Source of the DNA: Camelus dromedarius
Lineage: Eukaryota
Length of the DNA stretch: 64,000 bases
Direction of reading: 5' to 3'
Assembly (NCBI RefSeq): GCF_036321535.1
Contig: NC_087436.1
Coordinates: 66,714,001 to 66,778,000 of the forward strand
Shown: piece after piece, positions 26,465 through 41,309 of the stretch
How positions within the stretch are numbered: the stretch's first letter is position 1
How the letters are laid out: every line of letters begins with the position of its first letter
Position numbers and translations under genes: made by a program
Notes under the pieces: model-generated
Told to the model about the DNA's origin: nothing
Seen by the model: only the letters and a program-made list of their open reading frames with translations
Databases searched by the model: none

Positions 26465-28409
26465 TATCATTCTATCCCATCAGAAACTGAAACAAAGAAT
26501 AGAAAGAGGAAGAAAGCACACCCAGTACAAAGTGGTCTGACATCCTTTTGGAGTCAAATATTTTTGCTGCTATAAAGGTAAGATCAAGGCCAACATAAAT
26601 GGTAATAGAAAACTGACTTCCTAAAAAAAAATTAAAAACGGATTACTTAGATAAGTTTTTAAAACATTTTGCAATTTATGTGCTTAGTATACACTATGTA
26701 TTCATACATTTCTGAATAAATACATGAGAAAGACTCACTAAATATAAAAATGCAATGCAATGAAAATCTCTTATTTGTTTTTTAAGTTCTGAAAAATGTT
26801 GACATTTAAAATGTTTGCTATCAATAAAGAAGTTTCTACTGACTATAGGATATTATCTTAGTTTTCCCAAGCCTGAATCAGAGTTCATGGTCTGATATTT
26901 ACCTAAAATCATCTTAGTCATTTTAGTTTATTTTCATTATGTGTTGTTACGGTTTTTCTCTGTGATGACAGAGGCAATCCTAAATCAAAAGAAACCTACT
27001 GCAGCATTCTGTCCCCTTTACACAGCGGAAGGTCTCCTCTGAGGGACTTAGATTATTCTGCATGTCTTAGCAATGTAACATTTTTTGTGGTGACCAAGCC
27101 CTTTTAGATTCAGACAGTATCTGGCATGTAGAGATGATGCAATACATCATTCAAAACTGCCAAATCAGTATTTCTGCTTTGCTGTCCGAGAATCTTTTTT
27201 CCAAAAGAGATATTCAGTAATCACAATTTTCAAATGCAGTAGATCTGTTATATTGTTGGATACTTATGTAGATAGAAATTGAGGCATATCAAACCTAACG
27301 GCATATCTAGAAACTAAATGCCACAAATGATAGCGAACTTGCTGAGAAAATGTAAAGCATGTATTAGAAACTAATAAAGGCTGACATTTTAGAAAGATCT
27401 TTAATTGTATAATCATTTTCTGTAAACTTCATTTAGATTTTTGGAAAACCCAGCCAAAGCCAAAATATTAGTTTTTATTTTTATAAGGTCCTGAAAATAT
27501 TATATCAGCACTCCCTTGTATGTTTCTAAATAGCCTGAAATAAAGTTATCTGAAAGAGTATCAAGACTCAAATGGCTGAAATCAGAAAAAAAAAATTTGT
27601 TCCCAATCCTTCACACCTTGTTTCGCTGTCCTTTTCCCTGCAGCTTTATATTGTCTATTCATAACAAGCAGTGTGATTGGACTGCTTCTCTGATTAATGG
27701 ATTGGACAGTGGAAAGCTGCTGGCTGAAGTGCAATTGGGCTCATTCTCACCCTTCAGCCACGGGGTAAATGAGCTCATAGCTTGGCTAGCCTGCTGGTCT
27801 CTGAACAAAGATACGGGCCACTTGGAGCAGAGCCAAGGTGTACTGGCAAAGATCAGCCAATCCCCAGAAGCATGAGCAAGCACAAGATAGCAGAGATACT
27901 TATGAGCATTCATTTACCTGGCATCATGTTCTACTTTGATCTATTATTTTATTTGTGACAGATACAGCTATATCAAGCAAAACCGTCAATAATGTGGATA
28001 ACAATGCTACACACATAGTTGGGAAGGACTAAGAATTCTGAGTGACAGAATCAGAATTCAAAATATCTCAAGTGTGAGAAGGAGTTATAACACCAGGCAA
28101 ATAACGGACAAATGCTATCCTTGAGTTGAAGGGAGGAGGCTTGCTGGCATGATGGAATACAATACTTTCACAAACACTAGAGGAAAATGTGACATTGGAA
28201 AGTGAGAAGCCAAACCATGTATCTCAAGTTAGCACTTGGCATTTATCTGGAGAGCAGAAAGTAGCAAATAAGTCTGGTCTTGGTCTAGACTAGATCAATC
28301 CAGAGTAATCATTATATATTGAACTGAATATTTTATATTCACTTAGAAGGCTGATCTAGGATCGCTGGTTGGAAATGAAAGGGAGGACAGAGACATTGAT
28401 TCAACTGGA

Positions 28410-28563
28410 GACTGTGTCGTGGTTAGGTGTAAAAATTTTGGAGAACCAGTGTGAAATTCCTGGTATAACTTTGATTATTTTTTGGCCTTAAGAAAGTCAC
28501 TTAACCTCTTAGGGCTCAGTTTCTTAATTGCAAAATGGGAATAACAGTATCTCTCTGACGGGT
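28410..28563 (+). mobile_element. MIR SINE, 5' part (interrupted)
   Basis: aagtcacttaacctcttagggctcagtttcttaattgcaaaatgggaataacagta. Confidence 0.8.
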
Positions 28564-29400
28564 TGTTAAATCTATAACAAGAGTTCAATACTATAGCTAT
28601 AGTCCTGTCCCTAAACTTGTAAAGTTGAAGACAATAGATCCTATATTCTCTCAAATTTAGAGAAACACAAGTCAGCATCCCTTCACTAAGCCAAGCGAGT
28701 AGGGCACAGGGAAAACCCATTTTCGATTTTAGATAACTAAAAGAAGGGGAGGTTCACTGCCTTGCTGTATGCTTGTTGAGAGGCAGGAGTCCATCAGCCT
28801 ACCTTGACTATCGCTATCCGAGAAGAAGGCTATGAAATATTTCTTGGGAAATCCAGTGTGACCCTGGCTTCTCATCTGGGAAAATTTGAAGAAGGCGGGC
28901 TGGCTAAGGCACCCACAATAGTCTCTAAGAGCGGGAACACTGGTAGAAGGTCCAACAGGATTGTGCTTTCCTGGGGGGAAGCAGACATGTGTAAGGTACT
29001 GTGAGGTGGGGAGCAGGTGGCGAGTGAGAGGAACTCTGAGACTTGGAGTACCTCCTCCTTTTTAACTTGCAGAGAGGAGAGCAAAAATCTGACAATTCTT
29101 CCTTCCCGATCTTGCTACCTAGTGTCAGGCTGGCCCTGCAGTTGTGGAAAACACTTTGAAGTGGATATAAGATTGAATCTTATTTAGACTGGATTTGAAT
29201 TTTTATATCTGAAAGTGAGCCTTAATTAGTGGCATGGTACTGGTGATTCAACAAAGTGCAGTCAGAGAGCTGTATACCTGTCTAATAACCCCTGAAGGCA
29301 TGGGAGAGGGAAATTTTACAGAGCATGGGTGAAAGAAGTAATTGGAGAAAAAAGAAATGCTTTAAATCAGCATGATATTGAGATAAGACTGTTCAATATA
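28564..29400. mobile_element. ~840-bp ancient solo-LTR-like insertion nested in a MIR
   Basis: Starts TG, ends TA (decayed CA?), flanked by CGGGT/CTGGT; the MIR resumes directly after. Family not identified. Confidence 0.5.
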
Positions 29401-29495
29401 CTGGTTTTATAAAGAATTAATGAGCTACCAGGAGGTAAATCACTTAAAAGAGTGTATGGCATATAGTAAGGGATCAATAAATGTTAGCTTTCATA
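29401..29495 (+). mobile_element. MIR SINE, 3' part
   Basis: gtaaatcactta...tggcatatagtaagggatcaataaatgttagc. Confidence 0.75.
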
Positions 29496-30182
29496 ATTGT
29501 TTTTTTTTTTTTTTGAAGAAAAAACATCAAATTTCAGTGTGATCCAAAATGGAAAGGGCTGTACTGAATAGTAACAATGGAAAAATTACAAAAGCAAAGC
29601 CCAAAGAGCCATGTAGTCAGGCATCATTGTGAACTTGAATAGAGGTTTCTTTCATGGTTCTTTTAATTCCAGGATTCTATTATTCTAAGCTTGAATTATT
29701 TATCCATGTGGGAAAAAAATCTGTTTTTTCCCTAAATGAAATAGGCAATGCAACTCTTCCTACATTTTTTAATGTAAAGAAACAGAGATTTTTTTTTATC
29801 CCCTAAGAGCATCCACTATTAAATCAATATCATTCATCCTTTTGGTTTGGAGGATTAGCTCCCTTTATCAAATGCATGTCATAAAAACTTGCCTGTCAGT
29901 ATTCATTCTTTGAAGGCTCTTTCTTCATTTTTGAAAATGATACTGACATACAATGAGTGAAACATTACCGCAGTACAGCTAGATCTGTCTGGCAAGGGAC
30001 AAAGCTTTTATATAACAGTAACTTGCTTTCCTTTGTACTAACTCATTTTGAGCTTCTGCGTGAAGGGTATTTTAACAACAACAAAATGGATCAGAGGGTA
30101 AGCAAAGAGTATTTCATCTTTTTAAGCAACTATCACTTTTAGAAATACATATATATATATATATAAAATGTCTCCTGACTCA

Positions 30183-30383
<201 letters not shown>

Positions 30384-32974
30384 CTAAAATTGAAAAGAGA
30401 ATAAAAAAAATTCTCACCCACACACTTCAAATGTATCTAGGGATACTGCTGCCTCGCTGAAAAGATCTAGAAAGAGATGTAGCATTTTTAAGTGAATCTG
30501 TTTGACAGCGTGCAGTCTCTTTTCACATATCTCAGCCCATAAGCACTTGTAGACTGACTACTAATTGGCTGTCTGGAAGGTTTCTGGTTTAAATTCTGTT
30601 TGACTACTGGAACACATTCAAGACCCACATCTCAATTACAGTATCAGGATGGCAGCTCTAAGTGGGGAAAGCAGGCAGTCAAGCAAATCAAGAAGGTAAA
30701 CTTTCATGACTTTCTTCAAAAGTAAAGGACTCAAATTCCCAGGGTGCTTTCTTTTCCCTTCAATATAAGGATTGTAAAAAGAAAGCTTTGATTGCTGGAT
30801 GCAACCCTGAGAAGTTTAAAAGTTAATAAGATAAGCATGAAAACCAGATATATTGAATATTTAGTAATTTCTCCTGACATTGCACAATTTCTTTTAGACT
30901 TGATTTCCCTAATTTGCCATTGTCGTATCTTTGTGTTTGTTTGGTCAAACTGTTTTTTTTTTAACCTAAGAGGTAGGTATCTCATTTATTTCAACCACAT
31001 TGAAAATTATTAAAATTAAATTATGGGGAAAATTTACAACATTACCAAGTTTGGGGTTTTTACATGGTTAAAAAAAAAGATTTGGTAAGTTTTTTCTTAG
31101 TTCACAAATTAAACACTTTTCTATCCTGGCCATTTCAGGGTTAACTTCTTTTTCCTAATTTTTAAAAGCAGGCAAATCCAGGCAACCAAACATTTCATTT
31201 ATAAGTAAAATTCATTAAAGGAGAGAGAGACAGAAAGAGAGAGGGAGAGAGAAACATGGGTTTTGAATATTTTTTATAAAAAGACTAACATATGCCTTCC
31301 TACTTTGTGGGAAGAGAACAATTTAATTCACATATTAGAAAAAAATGGGACTTAAACTGCTCTATATAAACCAAAGTTTCAAGACTTATGAAGAAACAGC
31401 AGTTTCATGTAATGCTTGAAATTGTTCTGTGACTTGAAGTTAATTTGAAATATTTATACTAAGTTTGAATTATTTGCTCCTTAGAAATATGGTAACATCA
31501 CTTTAAGAAAACTTTTCTGAAACATACTTTTGTTAATTAAATATTCATAGGCAAGATCACATCATTAGGTTCAGCTATGTAGCAACATGATAGTCTATGA
31601 CATATTATTACTATTCTGCTTGAAATGGTAATTTGTTGATTACTTTAAATTTCAGCCTAGAAATTTTCTCTTGGTCCTCTGACCATCATGTTGTGTATCA
31701 ATATTACCTGAAGTTCCCTTATCATTTCATCTCTCAATAGAGAGATTTTCCACAAAGTGCCACCATGCCCCATTTCAAGGGAGTAAATCTTGAGGGTCTC
31801 AGGATCTCTGGCTCCCCTCCACCTTTCTCTCCACTAGCAATGACACACTGACACAGACCTTGACAAATTTACTTTATGCATTTAACTAAGACACCAACCA
31901 ATCATACTGGGAATGGCTTTTTCAATAACCTCAGCCTTGCTTAGGCCAAGCTTATTAAGTGTGACTCTATTTCCTGGAGAATTCCTAATTGAGGTTTCAT
32001 TTAATGCAAATAATGACAATAATTAGGTCCAGAAGAAGAGGGGCATCCCAACAATTAATTTATTGATTTATTAAGCTGACCCTTTGAAGGCTTTGTTTGC
32101 TTAGGTAAGTCACTCTTGATCTTTAGCATAGTATAATCTTTAACTCTTCATGTGTCACACTGCAATAATGATAAAAAGACAGCCTTATAATCTATGAATA
32201 GGGTTTACTATTAGAGTATGAGTAGGAGTAATTTTAAAATGTTGAATTAAATAAGAAAATATATACCATCTATCATAAGAATAAAAGAGGACTAAAGTAT
32301 TCTGTATTGAAATAAAGTTAGCCACATTGTACACTGAAAAGATACAATGACAAATTCTTGTCTTCACAGGGAACAGTTTAAGCATTGAGGATATCGAAAA
32401 GATTTAGAATTAAACAAATCTAGTTTATAAAAAAGGATTAAAACTCAAGAAGTACAATGCATAAACTTCCCAGAAAAATTCTGTTGCACCAATACCACAG
32501 TTTTCCACAGGGAAAAAAAAAAACAAAAAACTGTTGATTATATAACATCAATTCAGGAAGCAATTACTTCGCTGGAAAAGGATGCTGATTTATGCCAATT
32601 ATGACAATATGGATTAGTGACCAATTTTTCATAGATATGGGCTTAACAGTTTACATGGTATAAAAGAGAAGTAATTAGGCATTAAAATACCTCTAGTAAA
32701 TCAAAACTTTTTGAAGGAATAGCTCTTTTATTCCCTACTGTGTGAATAGTTAAAAAAAGGTAGATTTAGATATTTCCATATTTGTTTTACAAGTAAAGAA
32801 ACTGTGGTGCCGAGTTTAGGCTATTCAAAAATGCTACACATGTTAATATATTCATATATAGTATGATTATATATTATATAGTCACATACAATATGAATAA
32901 ATATATACTTATATACATTAATATATGTATATATTTTTTGCTTTTTTCCCACAAATACTTTTTATTTAAAAAAA

Positions 32975-33210
32975 TTTTTTTTATTGAAGTATAGTCAGTT
33001 TACAATATTGTGTCAATTTCTGGTATATAGCATATTTCAGTCATACATAGACATACATAATTCCTTTTCATACTCGTTTTCATTATAGGTTATACAAGAT
33101 ATTGAATATAGTTGCCTGTGCTCTACAGAAGAAAATTGTTATTTATCTATTTTATATATAGTAGTTAGTATCTGCAAATTTTGAACTCCCATTTTATCCC
33201 TTCCCACCCC
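32975..33210 (-). mobile_element. Camelid-type L1 3' end, 5'-truncated
   Basis: T tail then attgaagtatagtcagtttacaatattgtgtcaatttctgg...aagatattgaatatagtt...tttatcccttcccacccc; homologous to copies at 14186 and 42824. Confidence 0.88.
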
Positions 33211-33548
33211 GTTTAAGGTAGGAGAGTCTCACTTTAATTTTTCCTTTTACATTTAATTCTTTTTATGATTTTTACATGTTGTATCCACTCTAAACTCAAA
33301 CCTTTTATTTTCAGTATCTGTAGGAAAAATATGAACTATTAAAACTCATAATGTGATTACTTGGCTTATCTGAGTTTAATATTTGAATTTTCTGATAAGG
33401 AAAGGAGAATTGGCTGGATTTTTTAATCCACCCTCCCCCTTCTCTCTTTCTTCCTAAGTTGGAGGAATTTTGCTTCTTTTTTTTTTTCGCTCTTTCCTTT
33501 AAAATCTTTAAATATTAAACGCCCCTAGTCTAGTAGTCTAGTATTTCA

Positions 33549-33839
<291 letters not shown>

Positions 33840-35150
33840 TTAAGGATCTTCCTTCAATCCCCAAATTAATGCCCACTCTCACCACATTCACATGCAATTT
33901 CTATCAGAAGAGAATAGGAAAAGTTCAGCAGTATCTAGTTAACCTGGTAATGCATATCAGTCCCCTGCTTGGTCAAAGCAGATAACGGCTTTGAAAGCCC
34001 CGTCCAAAATATCATTCAGTTGCTCTTTTCCACATTGTAATTCTTTTCTTCTCAGTCATCAGCGCAGTGTGTTCATCACTCCAGCCTTATGCCTGTCTTG
34101 GGTTAACACTGTGCATTTTTGAAGTCATTTAAAAGAAGCTAGCTGGATAGGCATACTGGTGACAGACAAAGTCGCCGGATGAAAGGAGGGAGATTCTGCA
34201 GCAGCAGGTGGAAGGTCAGGGGGAGGGGGACCAAGCAATGACCAGGATAATGTTAGCATTTCTTGGAAACCTGCTGTCTTTGTCAAGGGCACTGGACTTA
34301 CTGCAGACACACAGAATTAGGCCCAAATGATGCTTATTTTGAAATAAAAGAATGATACGACCATAAGAGACTGAAGAATTCATCTGTAAGAAATTTGGCA
34401 GTAGAATCTGGTAGAGGATAGAGATTGGAAGGGAAGCTTGCCTTGCCAGTGGACACCTGTCATAGTCAACGCACAGGCCCCTCTTACAATCACCATTAAG
34501 CTGCCAACCATCACTTTTCTCATCCAGAGCAATAGATGCTACATTGAAGGAGAAAAGCCACCTGACTACAGTTTAATCAGGCCCAGGTTACATTGTCTAA
34601 CACATGCTATTTACTAATAAAATGAGTTACCAACATTTAAAATTTGGAGACCTGCATATTAAAAACAAACTCTTCCTAAAATCTGGAAGATCTGACATTG
34701 ACTATTGTCTACTATTATATAATACCTGGTACAAGGCGTGGCTGGCCCTCAGGTGAGGTATGAATCTATTTGACACTTTCATTAATACAGATGATTTTCA
34801 TGGACTCTCTAGACATTTTTCCTTGCTCTGCCTGATATCATATACTTTGAGAGAGTTAAGTACTTGTAAAATCTTCTCTTTTTTTCCTTTCCTGCCTCCT
34901 TTCCTCTTTTATTTACTTTGGGCAAATTAACATACACGTAAATAAAATTGTAGAAACCCGTAATTTGGATTTGTACAAGTTTTTTGAAGTGGACAACTTT
35001 CAAACCAAAGTTAATTTTTGCAGTATAATTATCCTGACTCTAGATATTTCTATTTAAAACTCTATCTTTAAGGTAGCTGGATTTTAATTTCAATATTATT
35101 GCCAATATATGAATAGCACTTTGAAAACTTACATCTATCTCAAATCTTAC

Positions 35151-35212
35151 CTTTAAAAATGTATCTAAAGAGCCATTTTCCATATACTCTGTCACTATCA
35201 TCACTGGTTTAC
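35151..35212 (-). CDS. EPHA5: EPHA5 kinase exon (~13), 62 nt, KPVMIVTEYMENGSLDTFLK
   Basis: Hinge/gatekeeper region; cttttcAG acceptor, GTAAGA donor. Confidence 0.96.
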
Positions 35213-35864
35213 CTGAAAAGAAAACAGTAGTATAAACTGCTGCTTTTTGATAGAGCATTCTTGTCTAGGAAAAGTTTACCTGGAAGTTTTTATTATTGTC
35301 CAAATTATACACAGTCATTTAAAAAAATGTCCTCTTAATGAGTTGCAAGTAAATTCCTGACATGATGATGTCTTAGTATCTTAGTATATACTGAGTGGAG
35401 TCAGTGAGAGGAAAGTATCATGAAAATGATAAAGATTGACACTTAAGGTACAAAAAATACAGAATTTTCAACATCAAAATCAATTTATGTAGAAAATGAG
35501 TTTAGGATGAATTTTATTTTTATAGAGATAACGATATAAAGTGCCAAGTAATATTTAGCAAAGCACTGCAAACATGCCAGCACATTCCTCTTTCTCACAG
35601 TTCTAAATAAAAACTATCCAGTCTAAGTGCTCTGTTTAAGATCCTTTGAACAGATGTTGCATTTTCTCAACTTTACTTCTATGTTCTTATAACTCCTTTA
35701 CTTATGGCTACCTCTCTTTTCCCTCTCTGCCACACACAGTCTCTATCAATCCAATTGTTTTCATTCTTCAAAACCCTGTTCTATTTTCTCTTGCTGTCTG
35801 GAAATTTCTCTTGCAATCATCACTTCTGATGGACGAGGCCCTATTCTTTTCACGTCTGAGACAG

Positions 35865-36060
35865 AAGTACAGCTGGACAAACTGGAGCCACATGGCTTGG
35901 CTTTGTATCCTAGATCAATCATTTACTATCATGTGATCATGGGCAAATCAATTCTTATCTCTGTATACTAATTTGTTGTGAGTATCTGCCAAGTCATAGA
36001 GTTATCCAGGTCACTTAGAATAATGCCTACCACTTAGAATTTGCTATGTATTATTATTCT
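35865..36060 (+). mobile_element. MIR SINE
   Basis: catttactatcatgtgatcatgggcaaatca...cacttagaataatgcct. Confidence 0.6.
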
Positions 36061-38902
36061 ATAAACCTTATTGACTTTGTATCTGTGGGTTAACTTCCTT
36101 GCTAGCTGTAAGAGGACCAAGAAAACAGATCATATTTTATCCCTTATGAAAAATACGAGACCAAAAATCTTTGTTATATGAGGAAATACTTAAAACATGA
36201 TTGTTAGTTTTATCACTCCACATTAACTTCACTATATTTTAAAATGTGCCTTTTTATTCTAAAATAAAAGTATAGACTTCATAAAATTTTAGTGTCCATT
36301 TAAACTATTTTGAAGTAAAAAAAGACCTTATGATAGCAAAATTCTATCTTATATATCTAGTAATTTTTTTTATATTATAGAGGGAAAGAAGGCCTATACA
36401 ATTATGAAATGTGCTGTAATTAACTTAATGGCATCCTCCAGAAGGGCATCTGTATTTTACTTGAAAAGTGATTCATTCAGGTCACAGAATTAGAACGTGC
36501 ATATTTATTCATACACCATTATCCCAAAATGTAAACAGAGATACAGAAAATTAGACAGTTACATGTTAAAAAGAAATAATAGGAAGAAAAAGGATTTTTC
36601 AATCCAAAAATCACTTAAAACTCACTATTTAGTATAATAAGGTAGGTCAGTCTAATTTCTCACTCAGATAATTATCTTCTTTTAAAATACTTTAGAAGCA
36701 TTATTCTTTTAATGGAATGTCACAAGTAATATTCCAAAGGCAGATAACATTTCTCTCCTCTTTAAATTTTGTAAAAGTTAGAAAAAAAGTTTGTCTCAAA
36801 TAATTCATTTGTCATCTATTTGCTACGCCTACATTAGGTAAAACATCACATATGTAGGGAATATGTATTGGAGATGTCATTTGATCTGAACCTTGAAAGG
36901 GTCACTGGTATAATAAAAGGTGACAGATATTCCAGGAAGAAGAGGCAGCATGTGCCAAGGCATCTTGTCATGAAAGAGCTCATCAAGTTCAAACATGGCC
37001 AGAGGCCTGGATTTTGCTTTGTAATTCAGGGAGTGACAGGAGATGAGTTGAGGAATACTGATTTTGAAACTGACTGGAAATATAATATCTTAGTTTAAAA
37101 AAAAAAAAAAGAATGACTTATGGTTGTATTTGTATTTGTAAATGGCCATGACAGCACAAGAGAAAAAAAAAGATTATGAATGTTTTTTTTCTCCTTTGTA
37201 TGATTGTAATCTAAGTTCAACAATTAAGATAGATTTCTAATTTTACTTCATTTTAGTGGTACTGCTGCACTCATTTCAATGAACCTCAGACAAATGCTAA
37301 ATAGACAAAATTCTGCTTTGGGCCCATTTGGTTCCAGTCTCACATCTTGAAGCCTATTTCAGGGTTTTCTTACTGTTGAAGCCTATTTCAAGCTTTTCTT
37401 TTAAAAGTTTAGAACTAATATGCTTCCCCAAGGGTGACAGCCAAAATATTTGATACCTGCTTTGGACAGGGACCTACATGTTTGAAGTTACAGCACCATA
37501 TTGCTGGAATACTGGAAAATACTGCTGTACCAGACATCACCTCTTCATCTGCCTGATTTCAAGAATTCAGAAATACTTCAGAGACAAAGCTGAGTTAGGC
37601 ATATAAAAAGGCTATGTGGATAACCCTGGCTTCAGCTTTTTATCAAATAGGATAGAAGCATTTCAATAAATGTACAGCTAATAGAGCCAAAAAAGTACAC
37701 ACTTGCTGAACACCAGTCCTGATCAAACCAGGAAAAGGCCTATGCTTTCTGGAATCAGCCTGTGATTTCAGGAATCCTTCCTATAAAAGCTCTTTGTCTC
37801 TGATTTTCACTTACAGAAATCCACTGGGGGAGCTGTCACAGTGTCACTAGAAACGGAAGAACTGAATTCCAGCAGATATACAGGGGATATGGTCTTAGCT
37901 TTCCCCCACTGGTACCTCTCAGCTCCTACCACATGAACAGAAGCCTTGTCCATCAAGGCGAAGGCCTAATCTCCCTCCATCATTATCTGCTCTATCCCAA
38001 GCCCATTATGATTACAGCACCTTCCCTACATTACTACTTACAAAACCTTCAATTTTCTTCCACTCTTTTTTTCTAAAATTTCTCCTTTCTGTCTATTTTC
38101 TAATTGTTTAGATCCTCTTCTTACAGTTATGGTCAGTGGTAACTATTTACTACTGTTCACCTAAGGTCTACTGAACAGGAGTTGGATAAAATTTCTGTTA
38201 AAATATTTCTTCCTTGGTTAAATTTGTTCTTAAATTCAACCTAAATTTACTAAACTTAGACAAAAAAGATTTATACTTTAAAAACAATGAATGGACCAGA
38301 AAACTTATTGACTTTGAATAATATATGTTTGGAAAGAAAAAAAAATGATGGCTTTTCAGGGCTATGGGCACCTGGTATTCGTCCTGTAAGATTTTTTAGC
38401 TTTCATCGCCTACTTTTAAAAGTCAGATTCATTATTCATGACAGTGTAGGCTGTAATGTCAATAACAAAAAACATTTAAGAAATATGATAGGGACCTAAA
38501 CACCTCTCATATTTCAGAAAATGGGGGAAAAGCAATGAAAATGAATGTTTGCAAACAAGCATTATCTTCTTTTGTTTATAAAAATAAGACAATTCATGAC
38601 CGATTAGATGATTTCTCATACTTGAGCCATTTTAATGATAATTACATTTAGTTTGGCTTATGTTTTGTCTCAGTTCCTGCTAGTCTGCAAAAATGACATA
38701 GCAATAATTAACGTGGCTTACTCTAACCATTGTAAATTCAATAAAATGGTATAAATCATTTCCATTATCCAGCTTGAAGTACAGACAAATAGTAGATCTG
38801 CCAATAATTTTGAAAGCATATTATCAAAAATCAATACAAAAAGAGCTCATAAAGCATGTCAAAACATGATTTTAATCACGGAGTAGAGTTTTTTATATTA
38901 CT

Positions 38903-38940
38903 TTATGTTATGTTATGTTATGTTATGTTATGTTATGTTA
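38903..38940. repeat. (TTATG)n pentanucleotide microsatellite, 7+ perfect units
   Basis: Direct reading. Confidence 0.95.
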
Positions 38941-39029
38941 CTATGTAGTAATAGAAACACATTATTTATGGCATTCACCAACCTCATATTTCATCATTTG
39001 GTATAGATAATCATAAAAGAGCAACAGTT

Positions 39030-39270
39030 TATTGATTTATTGACTGCCCACTTTTTACAGGGCATGGTGTTATTTTCAATTGTCATCAAAATTCTATAGT
39101 AGTGATGATACTACAAAAGTCTCTTTTCAGAGAAAGAAAAGTGAGGCTTAAAAAGATTCAATATATTACTTGAGTTGATTAGCTCAAGTTGTATAACAAA
39201 TAAAGTCGGGAATCAAACTCATGTCCACCTGACTACAAAAGCTGTTTTCCTTCCCTCCAAACTATGATGC
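39030..39270 (-). mobile_element. MIR SINE
   Basis: tttattgactgccca...gtgaggcttaaaaag...gggaatcaaactcatgtccacctgactacaaaagctg. Confidence 0.55.
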
Positions 39271-39499
39271 TTGTAATTTTGAAGTATTTATTTTAAATTA
39301 TATATTTTATTTTAAAATATCACAAATATTTTATCTTTTTGTGTTCATATAAGCTTGAGAATCATGACTATGCCATACCAAACCATTCAAGTATTAATGG
39401 CAGATCTGATAGGGATTTAGCTGCTTTCAATAAATAATATATTCTTACTTATGATCATTACTTATATATCCGTCAAGCATTCTGAAGTGTTCTATAGTG

Positions 39500-39772
39500 A
39501 AGCAATCTTGTATTCTACTTATATGAGGCATCTAAAGTAGTCAAACCCACAGAAACAGAAGATGATGGTGGCTGCCAGCATTTAGGGGAGGGAGAAAGGA
39601 GGAATTGCTATTCACTGGGTATAACATTTCAGTTATGCAAGACAAAAGTTCTGGAGATCAGCTATACAACACTGTGCTTACAGTGAACAAAACTGTACTG
39701 TGTACTTTACACTTAAAAATTTAAGAGGGCAGATATCATGATGCGGATTTTTCTTATCACAATAAAACAAAA
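39500..39772 (+). mobile_element. Old L1 (L1MA/L1MB-type) 3' end
   Basis: tattctacttatatgaggcatctaaagtagtcaaac...tttcagttatgcaaga...gttctggagatc...tacacttaaaaatttaagagggcagat...cacaataaaa. Confidence 0.85.
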
Positions 39773-39924
39773 TTGCGTTTGCTTCCTTACTAAGTGATTT
39801 TTTTTGGTGCTCATGTCCATCAAAATCTAACAAAGGAGAGAACATGCCACTCCTGGTAAAGCTGTTCCTTCTCATAAGGTATCTCAAAATTAGGTGAAAC
39901 AAACTTTGGGGAATGTCAATCTAA

Positions 39925-40080
39925 GCCTTGCTTTTCAGAGCATAGCCCTTGACCAGTGGCCTCGCTATCATCTGGGAGCTTGTTAGAAATGCAAAATCTC
40001 AGTGCCCAGTCCAATCTATTGAAACAGATTCTGCATTTTAGCAATATCCTCAGAGGCACATTGTATTTTGAGAAACACTG
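39925..40080. mobile_element. MER5A hAT-Charlie DNA transposon
   Basis: catctgggagcttgttagaaatgcaaaatctcag...attctgcattttagcaatatcctcag...tttgagaaacactg. Confidence 0.85.
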
Positions 40081-41309
40081 AGCTAGGCCACACCACAAGA
40101 GCTGCAGCTAAATCTGGCCTTATTATTTTATTTGCATTGATACCACCTGCTTTTCTGAAACCATTTAGCACATCAATAAATATGTGGTACCACTTAAGGG
40201 TAAAAGGGAGCTTTTGATTTAGAAGCATCATAATTCACTGGGAAATAACTGTCGCTGGGTTTCTCTTAGAAACATTTTACAAAATTTGTAAATATTTAAA
40301 AGTAAGTCTGTGCTTATATTTATATATCCATAGTGTTATTTCACTGTGCCATTCTATTTGGGTTGTATTCCATTTAGTACATTAACACTTGCAGCTGCTT
40401 GAAATTACTTTTATTTCACTCCAAGGGAAACCTGGGATAACAAACATCACGATTCAATTATTAATGGTTAATGGACAACCAGAAAATGGAATCTTGTGCT
40501 TGTAGTAGAAATAGATAATGCTTATTAAGATGGGGAATGGGAAGGGTGGACCAAGTATGGGTCAGTTAGAACTCAGAAGGGTACTCAGATATTTTAATTC
40601 CATTATGGTCCTTATTTATTGGTTAACACTTTAAGGGAAACCAGTTATAAAATTATGTAATCTTAATTTCAGAAAAGACTATAAATCAAAAGCCTCTATA
40701 CCTTACCTGAGATGGGAGCATGGAAATATTTCTATTAAGTAGAAATTCCAAACTTTCCCTATTCTTCTATTATTTCACACTGTTTACACTGATATAAACT
40801 TTTTAATTAGATGTTCATTTCTCAAATTAAAAAAAAAATTAGAATTGCTCTGACATTACTGAAGGTGGGTAATTACTTATGGAGTAAGAGACTGTCGACT
40901 TTGCAGAGGAACAGAGGAAACTAAGAATTAACAATGTGACAGCTTTGTTTTATTAATAATGAAAATGACTTTCAAAACGTAACGTTTAATTTACCAACAG
41001 TCCATCTTTGAGCCAGTAAATCTTTTTCAGATGCGTAGAATTTAGATTTTATCAGAATAAGCACTTGTAAATATCTAATAAATATTTTATGTTTATTTAT
41101 TAAACCTTGCTCTCTGCCCTAATAATGAAAAACAAATATCAGATTAATGAACTGGCTTCCATTTCTACTTCAGTTTTAAATTTGTTTATTTCCATCATGG
41201 TTTATCACTGATAATGGTTCATAGAATTGTTGCCTTTTGTGAAAGGGCAGATGTAAAATTTAAGCATGCCCATAGTGCAAACGTTTTCATTCATACTTCT
41301 CAGAATCCA

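Noticed and set aside
32845..32935. AT-rich self-complementary tract
   Set aside because: Degenerate (TA)n low-complexity sequence next to an L1 tail; no evidence of function.
35207..35214. AG|GTAAAC recursive-splicing-like motif at the start of exon 13 after a 13-kb intron
   Set aside because: Explained by the coding constraint Ser-Lys-Pro; the reconstituted donor is weak.
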